This document shows positions 1 through 8,087 of a stretch of 64,000 bases of DNA, piece by piece. The DNA is from Candidatus Aminicenantes bacterium (GTDB taxonomy: Bacteria > Acidobacteriota > Aminicenantia > Aminicenantales > UBA8522): positions 12,745 through 76,744 of the forward strand of contig JBBILQ010000004.1 in assembly GCA_037444845.1 (NCBI GenBank). The letters are read 5' to 3'. Within the stretch, counting starts at the first letter, position 1. Each line of letters starts with the position of its first letter. The position numbers and the translations under genes were made by a program. The notes beneath the pieces are model-generated. The model searched no databases. It saw nothing but the letters and a program-made list of their open reading frames with translations, and was not told the DNA's origin.

Positions 1-1150
1 CCATCGTGATTTCTTTGTTCTTCGACAGGATCACAGCGTGCTCGATCATGTTTTCGAGCTCCCTCACATTACCCGGCCAGGAGTAATTCAGCATGAATTC
101 GATGACCTCCGGCGAAAATTTCTTAACGGCCTTATTATTACTCCTGGAAAACTTTCTCAAGAAATGCTCGGCCAGGGGAAGAATATCCTCCTTCCTCTCC
201 TGAAGCGGCGGGAGTTGAACGGTGACCACCTTTAACCGGTAATAGAGGTCCTCTCTGAAAGCCCCCTGCTTGACCAGCGTTCTTAAATCCTTATTCGTAG
301 CCGCAATGACCCGGACATCAACACCGATCTCCTCATTCCCCCCAACCCGGGTAATCTTTTTCTCTTCCAGCGCTCTCAATAGGTGAATCTGGGTATTAGC
401 GTTTATTTCACCTATTTCATCTAAGAATAAAGTCCCTCCGTCTGCCGCCTCAAATTTTCCCTTTTTGCGTTCGATCGCTCCCGTGAACGATCCTTTTTCA
501 TGTCCGAAAAGCTCACTCTCGAGCAGGCTCTCCGGAAGGGAGGCGCAGCTAAGGGCAAGGAAGGGCTTCCGGCGACGCTGACTCTGATGATGAATGGCCC
601 GGGCAACGATTTCCTTCCCCGTGCCAGTCTTCCCGGTGATCAAGACCGTGGCCGTCGTCGGGGCGACCGTTTTAATAAGCTCAAATATCCTCAGCATCCC
701 ACGGCTTTTAGCGATGATCCCTTCAAAGAGATACCTATCCTCTATCTTCCGCCGCAGGGAGATGTTTTCTTCAACCAGGTCCTGGTGAGCCACCAGGTTT
801 TTGATGAGAAGCTCGACTTTTTCGGGGCAAAAAGGTTTTTCGATGTAATCATAGGCGCCTTCCCTGATGGCGGAGATGGCCGTTTGAATCGAACCGTAAG
901 CCGTGATGATGACCGTTATCAGCGCCGGGACCATTCTCCTTGCTTCCTTCATCAGCTCGATCCCGTCTATCCCGGGCATAACCAGGTCAGCCAGCATGAT
1001 TTTTATGTTTTTCCGCCTCAGAATTCCCAGCGCGGCCTCTCCGGATTCGGCGACCTCAACGTTATAGCCAACGTTTACCAGCCAGTCCCGGAGCGATTCT
1101 CTTACTATTTTTTCATCATCGACGACAAGGATTACCGCCTTTTTTCCCAT
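1..1150 (-). CDS. Sigma-54-dependent response regulator (NtrC family). N-terminal receiver, AAA+ sigma-54 activator domain; C-terminus runs off the window start.
   Basis: Manual translation of the minus strand from ATG at 1150: [16 protein letters not shown] (receiver), GKTGTGKE Walker [27 protein letters not shown] (sigma-54 interaction motifs). Not in the ORF track because it has no stop inside the window. The plus-strand ORF 500..1174 is its shadow. Confidence 0.85.
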   Translation of the reverse strand, partial: MGKKAVILVVDDEKIVRESLRDWLVNVGYNVEVAESGEAALGILRRKNIKIMLADLVMPGIDGIELMKEARRMVPALITVIITAYGSIQTAISAIREGAYDYIEKPFCPEKVELLIKNLVAHQDLVEENISLRRKIEDRYLFEGIIAKSRGMLRIFELIKTVAPTTATVLITGKTGTGKEIVARAIHHQSQRRRKPFLALSCASLPESLLESELFGHEKGSFTGAIERKKGKFEAADGGTLFLDEIGEINANTQIHLLRALEEKKITRVGGNEEIGVDVRVIAATNKDLRTLVKQGAFREDLYYRLKVVTVQLPPLQERKEDILPLAEHFLRKFSRSNNKAVKKFSPEVIEFMLNYSWPGNVRELENMIEHAVILSKNKEITM

Positions 1151-2660
1151 CCATGGCCTCCAGGTAGATCGTGAATGTTGTCCCCTTGTTAAGCTCGCTG
1201 GCTACTTCTATCTTTCCCTTGTGCCTCTCAATAATCCCATGAACGACCGGAAGTCCCAGCCCCACGCCCCTGCCCTTTTCCTTGGTGGTGAAGAAAGGCG
1301 TGAAAAGCTTGCTCAGGTTTTCTTTGGGAATGCCGACCCCGGTGTCGGCGACATCAATCCTGACGGTATTCTTGATTGCTTCATTGATTCTGACGCCCCG
1401 GGCAGCCGATGTGGCGATGGTTAATTTTCCGCCCTCGGGCATTGCTTGAGTCGCATTCAGAATGATATTGATCAGGACCTGCTGAATCTGGTCGAAACCA
1501 GCATGAACAAGAGGTAGATCCTTGCCTAATTTCAGCTCAAGGGTAATGTTTTCCAGGCTGATCTGGTGCCTGACCAACAACAGGGCAGCCTGCACGACCT
1601 TGTTGATCTCAATCGGCCTCATGTCAGCGTCCGATTGGCGTGAGAAATCGAGCAGGTTTCTGATGATCCCGGACGTTCTTTCGAGTTCTTTCTTCATCTT
1701 CAAAAGCTGATTTTCTGTGTCTTCTGTTTGCAATCTTTTGGCTTGATACTTCTTAAGGAGGAGGGTTGTGTAGACCATAATCCCGGCTAAGGGGTTGTTC
1801 ACTTCGTGAGCGACGCTGGCCGCTAATTGACCCAGAGAGGCCAGTTTTTCTGACCTGATCAGTTCGACCTCCGTTTCTTTGCGCTTTGTGATGTCTTCTC
1901 CTGAGCTGAGGGTGCCGATGATCAGGCCCTTTTCATCCGTGAGCGTCGAATTGTGCCAGGCAATGATCCTTTCCTCACCGGACTTGGTCAAGACTGTGTT
2001 TTCATAGTCCTCAACTTCCTCCTCTTCTCCAGCCATCACTTTTTTGAAAGTTTCCCTTCTTTTTTCCCTGACCCTTTCCGGCACGCACAAATCAAACCAG
2101 TCTTTTCCGATTATCTCTTCTCCTCTGTAGCCCAAGACATCACACCCTTTCTTGTTAATGAGCGTAACGATGCCTTTTTCATTAATAGCGATGATGATGG
2201 CTCCCGCGATATTGAGGTACTGTTGGGCTCTATTCCTTTCCTCGAGCAGCTTTGCCCACAGTCCCTTGTGCTTGGTTAAATTCCTGAAGTGTTCCACGGC
2301 GCCGATGATCTCGTTCTTGCTGGAGCGCAAGGGCGAGGTCGTTATGTTGACAGGAATCTTCTTCCCTTCTTTATTCGTTATCACCACCTCATAGCCGAAA
2401 AATGTTTCCCCTGTTGTCATGGCCTTTTTGACGAGACATTCTTCTTTGCAGAGGTCACTCTTGAGAACCTGATCGCACTCCCTGTTCAGCACTTCCTCCC
2501 GCTTGAACCCAGAAATCTCCTCGGCCGCCTGATTAAACGTCGTAATTCTCATCTCTTTATCTACGGTGAGAACTCCCCCTTCCATGCTGTCCAGGACGTT
2601 TTCCAGGAATTCTTTGGTGAGGCCGTTCTCGCTGCTCAAGGAAATTTCTCCCTCTACCAT
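1116..2660 (-). CDS. PAS-domain sensor histidine kinase
   Basis: Several PAS-like segments; HisKA motif SEKLASLGQLAASVAHEVNNPLAGI; HATPase_c region DTGVGIPKENLSKLF...GRGVGLGL...GTTFTIYLE. Its 3' end overlaps the start of the regulator gene by 35 nt. Confidence 0.85.
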   Translation of the reverse strand: MVEGEISLSSENGLTKEFLENVLDSMEGGVLTVDKEMRITTFNQAAEEISGFKREEVLNRECDQVLKSDLCKEECLVKKAMTTGETFFGYEVVITNKEGKKIPVNITTSPLRSSKNEIIGAVEHFRNLTKHKGLWAKLLEERNRAQQYLNIAGAIIIAINEKGIVTLINKKGCDVLGYRGEEIIGKDWFDLCVPERVREKRRETFKKVMAGEEEEVEDYENTVLTKSGEERIIAWHNSTLTDEKGLIIGTLSSGEDITKRKETEVELIRSEKLASLGQLAASVAHEVNNPLAGIMVYTTLLLKKYQAKRLQTEDTENQLLKMKKELERTSGIIRNLLDFSRQSDADMRPIEINKVVQAALLLVRHQISLENITLELKLGKDLPLVHAGFDQIQQVLINIILNATQAMPEGGKLTIATSAARGVRINEAIKNTVRIDVADTGVGIPKENLSKLFTPFFTTKEKGRGVGLGLPVVHGIIERHKGKIEVASELNKGTTFTIYLEAMDGKKGGNPCRR

Positions 2661-2717
2661 TATTATAATAAAACCCGTTCCTCAGTAAAGACTTTTGCCT
2701 CTCCCCCTGGCTTCGCC

Positions 2718-2757
2718 GATAGAATCACCCGGCGGGTCCCGTCGAGGTTCACCCCCG
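2718..2757. promoter_or_regulatory. Conserved 40-nt motif D, copy 1 (gatagaatcacccggcgggtcccgtcgaggttcacccccg), in the 5' leader of the minus-strand kinase/regulator operon
   Basis: Near-identical 40-nt block also at 62204..62243. Both lie upstream of minus-strand genes. On the minus strand it reads as two direct GGGTGA(A/T) half-sites about 22 bp apart. Confidence 0.4.
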
Positions 2758-2800
2758 CGCCCCCTCACACCTCTTCTTACCTTGCTCAGTTCCCCTTTTC

Positions 2801-2886
2801 AATGTTTATTATATTTATAGATTTTATAAATTCTATAAAATCTATAAATTCTATTGACTTTGGATATTTTGATTTGTCATAATGAG
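2801..2886 (+). promoter_or_regulatory. AT-rich tandem 9-11 bp repeats (ctataaaWtY units) followed by a sigma-70-like promoter (TTGACT, 17-bp spacer, CATAAT) upstream of ORF 2975
   Basis: Read directly: tagattttataaattctataaaatctataaattctaTTGACTttggatattttgatttgtCATAATgagg. Confidence 0.4.
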
Positions 2887-2974
2887 GCCACGCCTGTTTC
2901 CAGAGTCATGGAAACCCGGAAAATTATTGCCAACGGAAATCCTTTGAAGACAAAATAACATAAGGAGGCCTGCG

Positions 2975-3619
2975 ATGATTTCAATAATCAGGTTAAGTTC
3001 CCAGGAGAGAAAGGAAAGAATGTGTGATCTGGTAATGGCCAAGCTGGGTGAATTACAGGAAAGCCTGAAGGACAAGGGGCAGCTTCTCTACCTGACCAAG
3101 CGCGCCAGGCATGAGGATGTGAGCCTTTTTGTCCACACCATCGACCCGAATTTCCTGGGAGATTTCATCGCTGAGGGTTTGACTAAGATAGATCATGTGA
3201 CGGGGATCTGGGCCATACACTTGATCAAGCCGGTGTTTTACCCTCTGCCCAAAGATACAAAAAACATGAAAAGATATGCCATTTCCTTAAAGGTTTTTAT
3301 AAAAAACCTCAAGGAGGTCTACAAGAATATCGCAACCCCGAGTCTCCCCGCTGGGCTCAAACTAGCGTACGTCGCCTACACGTTTCATCTCTTCGAGGAC
3401 AGCATCCAGTTTTCGATCCTGACCAAAAATGAAAAGACTCTAAACAATTATCTGACTGATGTCATCGAAAAAATGCCCGGCGTGCTGAGAACCACCGTCA
3501 ACCTGATTGAAAGGACCAGACCCCTTGTCTCTCATGACGCCTGGAGAGAATATTCTTTAAGACACGGCATCGTGTCGTCCTGGAACCAGAACTTGATGGT
3601 TGAGCAGTTCCAGGCGTAA
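2975..3619 (+). CDS. Hypothetical protein with two Lrp/AsnC-type ligand-binding (RAM) domain-like repeats
   Basis: C-terminal segment ...NNYLTDVIEKMPGVLRTTVNLIERTRPLV resembles the AsnC C-terminal domain (IPGVxRTET). No clear HTH recognised. Its own promoter lies upstream. Confidence 0.4.
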   Translation: MISIIRLSSQERKERMCDLVMAKLGELQESLKDKGQLLYLTKRARHEDVSLFVHTIDPNFLGDFIAEGLTKIDHVTGIWAIHLIKPVFYPLPKDTKNMKRYAISLKVFIKNLKEVYKNIATPSLPAGLKLAYVAYTFHLFEDSIQFSILTKNEKTLNNYLTDVIEKMPGVLRTTVNLIERTRPLVSHDAWREYSLRHGIVSSWNQNLMVEQFQA

Positions 3620-3628
3620 CCTGGCAAT

Positions 3629-3970
3629 TCATTCCAACCTAAGTCTTTCCGCTTCGAGGCCAAAATCCTTCACCATAAGTTTGATGGCATGCGCTCTCTT
3701 CTCTGCTTTGAGATTTCCCTCATTGTAGTGGCAATCACCCAGATGACAACCGGGCGTCAGCAGTCCGTTCGACGCATTTCTATTTTGGGATAGCTCCGGC
3801 TTTCTATCCTCCTCATACCTGGCGAACATGACTCCCTTCTGCCTTGCCTTGGTATAATAGCCTTCTCTGAATCCATACGTTCTGATGTCCCGGAACAAAA
3901 CATAAACCTTCGTCCCGGGGAGAAAGCTCTTTTCCCTTCAAGGCGTTCTTCACTGCCTCGGTGCAACAAA
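3629..3970 (-). pseudogene. Decayed hdrA'-'mvhD fusion remnant: partial duplicate of the hdrA/mvhD junction with internal deletion
   Basis: The 89-aa ORF 3629..3898 reads FRDIRTYGFREGYYTKARQKGVMFARYEEDRKPE (matches HdrA 8084..11347 region FRDIRTYGFRESYYSEARRQGVMFARYEEDRKPE) joined to GCHLGDCHYNEGNLKAEKRAHAIKLMVKDFGLEAERLRLE (matches MvhD 7671..8087 GCHPGDCHYKEGNLKAEKRAEAIVLMLEDFGLEADRFKLE). Nucleotide identity is visible, e.g. ctgatgtcccggaacaaaacata shared with 8776..8798. Confidence 0.7.
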
Positions 3971-4028
3971 TGCTGAAGTAATAAATCTTGAATATTCGGT
4001 TGACACGACCGAAATTTCAAGATAATCT

Positions 4029-5198
4029 ATGGCCATGATAGACCGTCCTAGAGAAATTAAAACGCTGAAGAGGCTCATCGCTAGCCATCCTGTCGTCGGC
4101 ATCATCGGCGCCCGACAGGTTGGGAAGACGACTCTGGCCCGGTCGTTCGTCGCCCAGTGGCCAGGGCCGACTCATTATTTTGACCTCGAGAATACCGAAG
4201 ACGAGGCACGGCTCAGTGACCCCATGCTTGCGCTCAAAGGGCTTAAGGGCCTCATCGTGATCGATGAAATCCAGCGCTTGCCGGGTCTCTTTCAGGTTCT
4301 TAGGGTGCTCGCAGATAGAGTCCGGCCCGCCGCCCGTTTTCTCGTCTTGGGAAGCGCCTCGCCCGAGCTGCTTCGTCAGGGGTCTGAGACGCTTGCCGGC
4401 CGGATCATATATCACGAGCTAAGAAGCCTGTCTCTTGATGAAGTCGGGATGATAAATCACGCGCGCTTATGGTTGAGAGGAGGATTTCCCAGGGCTTATC
4501 TGGCCCGAACGGCCACCACGAGCGATGAGTGGCGCCGCGGCTTCATTAGGACATTTCTGGAGCGAGATCTGCCCCAGCTTGGTATTGCGATCCAATCGTC
4601 TACGCTGCGCCGATTCTGGACCATGCTGGCGCATTATCACGGCCAGATCTGGAATTCCTCGGAATTTGCCCGCTCATTCGGCGTTGCCGACACGACCGTA
4701 CGGAACTATCTCGATCTGCTGACTTCGGCGCTGGTTGTCACTCAGCTTCAGCCGTGGCATGAGAACATCAGCAAGCGTCAGATAAAGTCGCCAAAGATCT
4801 ATCTTGCAGATAGTGGAATACTGCACACCCTCCTCAACATCACCTACTTGCAGGACCTCGAAATGCATCCCAAACTTGGAGCCTCATGGGAGGGTTTCGT
4901 GATCAGCCAGGTGATCCGGCAGCTTGGGGCGAGGCCTGATGAATGCTATTTTTGGGGCACCTATGCCGGAAGTGAATTGGATCTATTCGTGGCCAAGGGT
5001 CAATTGCGGCTCGGATTCGAGATCAAGAGAACCAGCTCGCCACGCCTCACGCCGTCCATGAGAACCGCTATGAAAGACCTGAAATTAAAGAGTCTGGACG
5101 TAATCCATGCGGGAGAGAACACCTTTGGCTTGGCCGAGAAAATCCGAGCAGTGGCTTTCCCCAGGTTGCTCGAAGATATAAAGCCCCTACACAAATAG
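4029..5198 (+). CDS. AAA+ ATPase of the DUF4143/COG1373 type (P-loop NTPase)
   Basis: Walker A GARQVGKTTLA and Walker B LIVIDEIQ; architecture typical of stand-alone AAA ATPases that often sit next to defence genes. Confidence 0.75.
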   Translation: MAMIDRPREIKTLKRLIASHPVVGIIGARQVGKTTLARSFVAQWPGPTHYFDLENTEDEARLSDPMLALKGLKGLIVIDEIQRLPGLFQVLRVLADRVRPAARFLVLGSASPELLRQGSETLAGRIIYHELRSLSLDEVGMINHARLWLRGGFPRAYLARTATTSDEWRRGFIRTFLERDLPQLGIAIQSSTLRRFWTMLAHYHGQIWNSSEFARSFGVADTTVRNYLDLLTSALVVTQLQPWHENISKRQIKSPKIYLADSGILHTLLNITYLQDLEMHPKLGASWEGFVISQVIRQLGARPDECYFWGTYAGSELDLFVAKGQLRLGFEIKRTSSPRLTPSMRTAMKDLKLKSLDVIHAGENTFGLAEKIRAVAFPRLLEDIKPLHK

Positions 5199-5349
5199 TG
5201 TCAACGCCTCGAGCTCGACCCAGTCTTTGGAAAGCACTGTTGAAGCCCGGGAGGCTGCCGCCGTGGCCAGAAAGACAGCGTCTTTTTAGCATGATAAAAA
5301 TATCGTAAACCGGACTTGAATTCATGGCCATATTAAGATTATTGGCAGG

Positions 5350-6381
5350 ATGAGGGAAATATTCCGGTTCGGTTCGCCAGCCGACAAAACGAAAAAACTC
5401 AGCAAGAGGACTTCCATAAGAAGCGCAAGTAAAGTGTTTGATACGCGCCCCCGGATCAGTGACTCTTTTGGACTGGATGAACGGATCGTCGTTCATTGCG
5501 GCGACTGCCTGGATTTCCTGAAATCGATTCCGGATCAAACACAACAGTTTATTGTAACATCCCCGCCCTATAATATAGGCAAGGAATACGAAAAACGCCT
5601 TGAGCTCCAGGTATATTTGGATCAACAAGCAAATGTCATTACTGAGTGCGCCCGGGTTTTAAAGCATTCCGGCAGCATCTGCTGGCAGGTTGGAAATTAT
5701 GTTAAGAACGGATCGATAATTCCCCTCGATACTGTCTTATATCCCATCTTTATAGGATTGGGCTTTAAGATGAGAAATCGCATCATTTGGCATTTTGAGC
5801 ACGGCCTTCATTGCTCAAGGCGCTTCTCTGGTCGCTACGAAACGATCATCTGGTTCACTAAGTCGGATGAATACTATTTTAATCTCGACGGGGTCCGCGT
5901 TCCGCAAAAATACCCAGGGAAAAGGCATTTCAAGGGCCCAAAAGCAGGACTGTACTCGGGCAATCCGCTGGGCAAGAATCCCGGCGATCTGTGGATCATT
6001 CCAAACGTCAAGAGTAACCATATCGAGAAGACAATCCACCCCTGCCAGTTTCCCGTTGAACTAATCGAGCGGCTCGTGTTAGCCCTGACTCAAACCGGAG
6101 ATTGGGGCCTGGACCCATTTCTTGGGGTCGGCACTTCGATCATCGCCGCAATCCGGCATGATCGAAGAGGCGCTGGCGCGGAAATCGTTCCCAAGTATGT
6201 TGAGCTTGCCAAAGAGAGAATTGACCAGGAGATCGACGGCACCCTAAAAACGCGGCCCATGAGCCGGCCTGTATATGATCCAGTTGAAGCGGGGAACAGC
6301 CTGACGAAATCCCCATGGGGATCAGAATCTAAGTCTCCTCAACTCTCCCTCATCAAAAGCTTGGTGAACAGGCAGGAATAG
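5350..6381 (+). CDS. Type II DNA methyltransferase, beta-class (N4-cytosine or N6-adenine; SPPY motif IV before FxGxG motif I)
   Basis: TSPPY catalytic motif near the N-terminus, HPCQFP and DPFLGVGTS (AdoMet motif I) near the C-terminus. This order is typical of N4C MTases such as M.BglII, M.PvuII and M.BamHI. Confidence 0.85.
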   Translation: MREIFRFGSPADKTKKLSKRTSIRSASKVFDTRPRISDSFGLDERIVVHCGDCLDFLKSIPDQTQQFIVTSPPYNIGKEYEKRLELQVYLDQQANVITECARVLKHSGSICWQVGNYVKNGSIIPLDTVLYPIFIGLGFKMRNRIIWHFEHGLHCSRRFSGRYETIIWFTKSDEYYFNLDGVRVPQKYPGKRHFKGPKAGLYSGNPLGKNPGDLWIIPNVKSNHIEKTIHPCQFPVELIERLVLALTQTGDWGLDPFLGVGTSIIAAIRHDRRGAGAEIVPKYVELAKERIDQEIDGTLKTRPMSRPVYDPVEAGNSLTKSPWGSESKSPQLSLIKSLVNRQE

Positions 6382-6385
6382 CTGA

Positions 6386-7155
6386 TTGACAATCGCTGAA
6401 ATCTATTCTCATCTTAATGGGCAGGAGTTTCTCTTGGTGCATAAGCGCGCGCTTTGGAAAGAAATCAAAGCGGTCATTAAAGAAGTCGATGCCGTGAAAT
6501 GCAGGACAAAAATCTCGAAGGAAAAAACGAAGAAAGGAAGAACGCTGTACAGCCCGATTGCTCTCAACGCAGATTTTAAAAGACTGCTCAGGGCAAAGAA
6601 TTGGCAAGAGAGCCGGGTTAGTTACTGGGTGACGAAGAGCGAAAAGCTTATTCGAAAGACGTTGACGATGACCGCGGCCGAGCAAAAACGCGAAATCGAA
6701 GAAGCTGGAGAGAAACCTATTTTTAGCTATAATCAGACGGATTTCGTCAAAGACAGAGTCGCGGTAGAAGTCCAATTCGGGAAATACGCGTTTGTTGCTT
6801 ATGATCTATTCGTAAAACACTTGGCTTTCTATGTTGGCGATCAAATAGCCTGATCTATTCACAAAATGATACGATAAAACGCCCCCTCCCCTGGCGGGAG
6901 GGGATAGAGGGGAGGGGGAATCTTTGAATGATCCCCCTCACCCCGACCCTCTCCCACATGGGGAGAGGAGATTTTTTCCTTTCATTTCGTGAATAGTCCA
7001 GGATAGATGTTGGGATTGAAATTCTTCCGATGAAGACTCTACAGAACGAGATGAGTTCGGGCGTTCCTTATTTTGAGGGTGAGTTTTATAACGTCGTTCG
7101 ACAGGGACGGGGAGTCCCCGCTGTGCCTCTGGTGCTAATCGGAGTCGAAGCTTAA
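6386..7155 (+). pseudogene. BglII-family type II restriction endonuclease gene interrupted by a MITE-A insertion (N-terminal part 6386..6848, C-terminal part 7007..7155)
   Basis: N-terminal ORF ends ...RVAVEVQFGKYAFVAYDLFVKHLAFYVGDQIA*. It contains the BglII-like ALWKEI segment and the catalytic EVQF block (BglII TLVEVQF). The stop codon lies in the MITE terminal repeat. Removing 6849..7006 (element plus one ATAG copy) restores an in-frame 203-aa reading frame: ...DQID VGIEILPMK...VPAVPLVLIGVEA*. Confidence 0.75.
6849..7002 (-). mobile_element. MITE-A copy 1 (154 bp), flanked by 4-bp ATAG duplications; sits inside the REase gene
   Basis: Near-identical to 20977..21116 and 59289..59442. Terminal inverted repeats cctgRYctattcacRaaat; direct repeats atag at 6845..6848 and 7003..7006. 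Confidence 0.85.
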
Positions 7156-7445
7156 TCCCTGAGCACTCAACCCTAAGGTAATGAGGTAGCAGCGCGCCTA
7201 ATGCTTCAGCCATAAAGTCAGCATAACGCCATAAATAGGGTTCATAAGGATATGGGCTCAGATGTCAAATCGTGCAAAAAATGCGGAAGGCGGGCTCTGA
7301 AGATACAAAAAGGCCGAGTCACGCAGAAATCATCCAGACCTGTCTGACCTATCCTCCTGGAAAAGAAAGGATTACTAAAAATACTCAGCCGAAGTCTCGG
7401 CGGCCAGGAGAACTTCGTGATAGACAAGGCAGGATTGCTGGGCGG

Positions 7446-7655
7446 TTAAGCCGGGGGCGGCTGGCCTTCCAGGACAATTTTCGTCACCAATCTTCTTGTA
7501 TAAAGAAGAAATTGCCCCCCTTCTTCTATCAACTCCACTTCAAAATTGTCCTTCTTGTAGTTCTCCATCACCTCTTGAGCCTTCTCCCTGGACTCGTAGA
7601 CAACGCCATCCCACATGAATTTTTTCCCGTTTATGATCCTCGAAGAATCCGGCAT
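7446..7655 (-). CDS. Small hypothetical protein (69 aa) at the 3' end of the hdr operon
   Basis: ORF on the same strand and tightly spaced after mvhD. No recognisable motifs or cysteines. Confidence 0.3.
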   Translation of the reverse strand: MPDSSRIINGKKFMWDGVVYESREKAQEVMENYKKDNFEVELIEEGGQFLLYTRRLVTKIVLEGQPPPA

Positions 7656-7670
7656 CTTAAACCCTCTGTC

Positions 7671-8087
7671 TTAGGTTTTATACGGGCTCGGCCCTAACTT
7701 TTTAACCTTCTCGGTAAACTCCCTCACCACCTGGGCGAACCTCGGCCCCTCAGACGCCGAAACCCATTCCAACTTAAACCTGTCCGCTTCCAGGCCAAAA
7801 TCTTCCAGCATCAAAACGATTGCCTCGGCTCTCTTCTCCGCCTTGAGGTTTCCCTCCTTGTAGTGGCAGTCGCCGGGATGGCAACCGCACATCAGCACCC
7901 CATCCGCTCCCTTGGTCAGGGCATCAATCACTAAATTGGGATGGACCATCCCTGAGCACATCACTCTGATGATCCTTATATTGGGAGGATACTGCAACCT
8001 TGACACCCCGGCCAGGTCCGCTCCCGCATAGGAACACCAGTTGCAGCAAAAACTCACGATTAAGGGCTCAAACGCCTCACTCATCAT
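7671..8087 (-). CDS. mvhD: MvhD-like subunit (methyl-viologen-reducing hydrogenase delta / FlxD-like)
   Basis: FCCNWCSYAGADLAG...RVMCSGMV...CGCHPGDCHYKEGN, the MvhD signature. Confidence 0.9.
   Translation of the reverse strand: MMSEAFEPLIVSFCCNWCSYAGADLAGVSRLQYPPNIRIIRVMCSGMVHPNLVIDALTKGADGVLMCGCHPGDCHYKEGNLKAEKRAEAIVLMLEDFGLEADRFKLEWVSASEGPRFAQVVREFTEKVKKLGPSPYKT

Noticed and set aside
500-1174. 224-aa plus-strand ORF
   Set aside because: Antisense shadow of the sigma-54 response regulator gene on the minus strand. No motifs. The minus-strand frame carries the clear Walker A and GAFTGA-region motifs.
2718-2757. Idea that motif D is a tRNA fragment or att site (ggttcacccc resembles a T-arm)
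   Set aside because: No acceptor or anticodon arms can be built. The GGTTC hairpin is not conserved between the two copies.
6938-7213. 91-aa minus-strand ORF
   Set aside because: Lies across the MITE-A copy and the endonuclease C-terminal fragment. An artefact of the repeat.
7272-7697. 141-aa plus-strand ORF
   Set aside because: Overlaps the co-directional operon genes (69-aa ORF, mvhD 3' end) on the opposite strand. No motifs.
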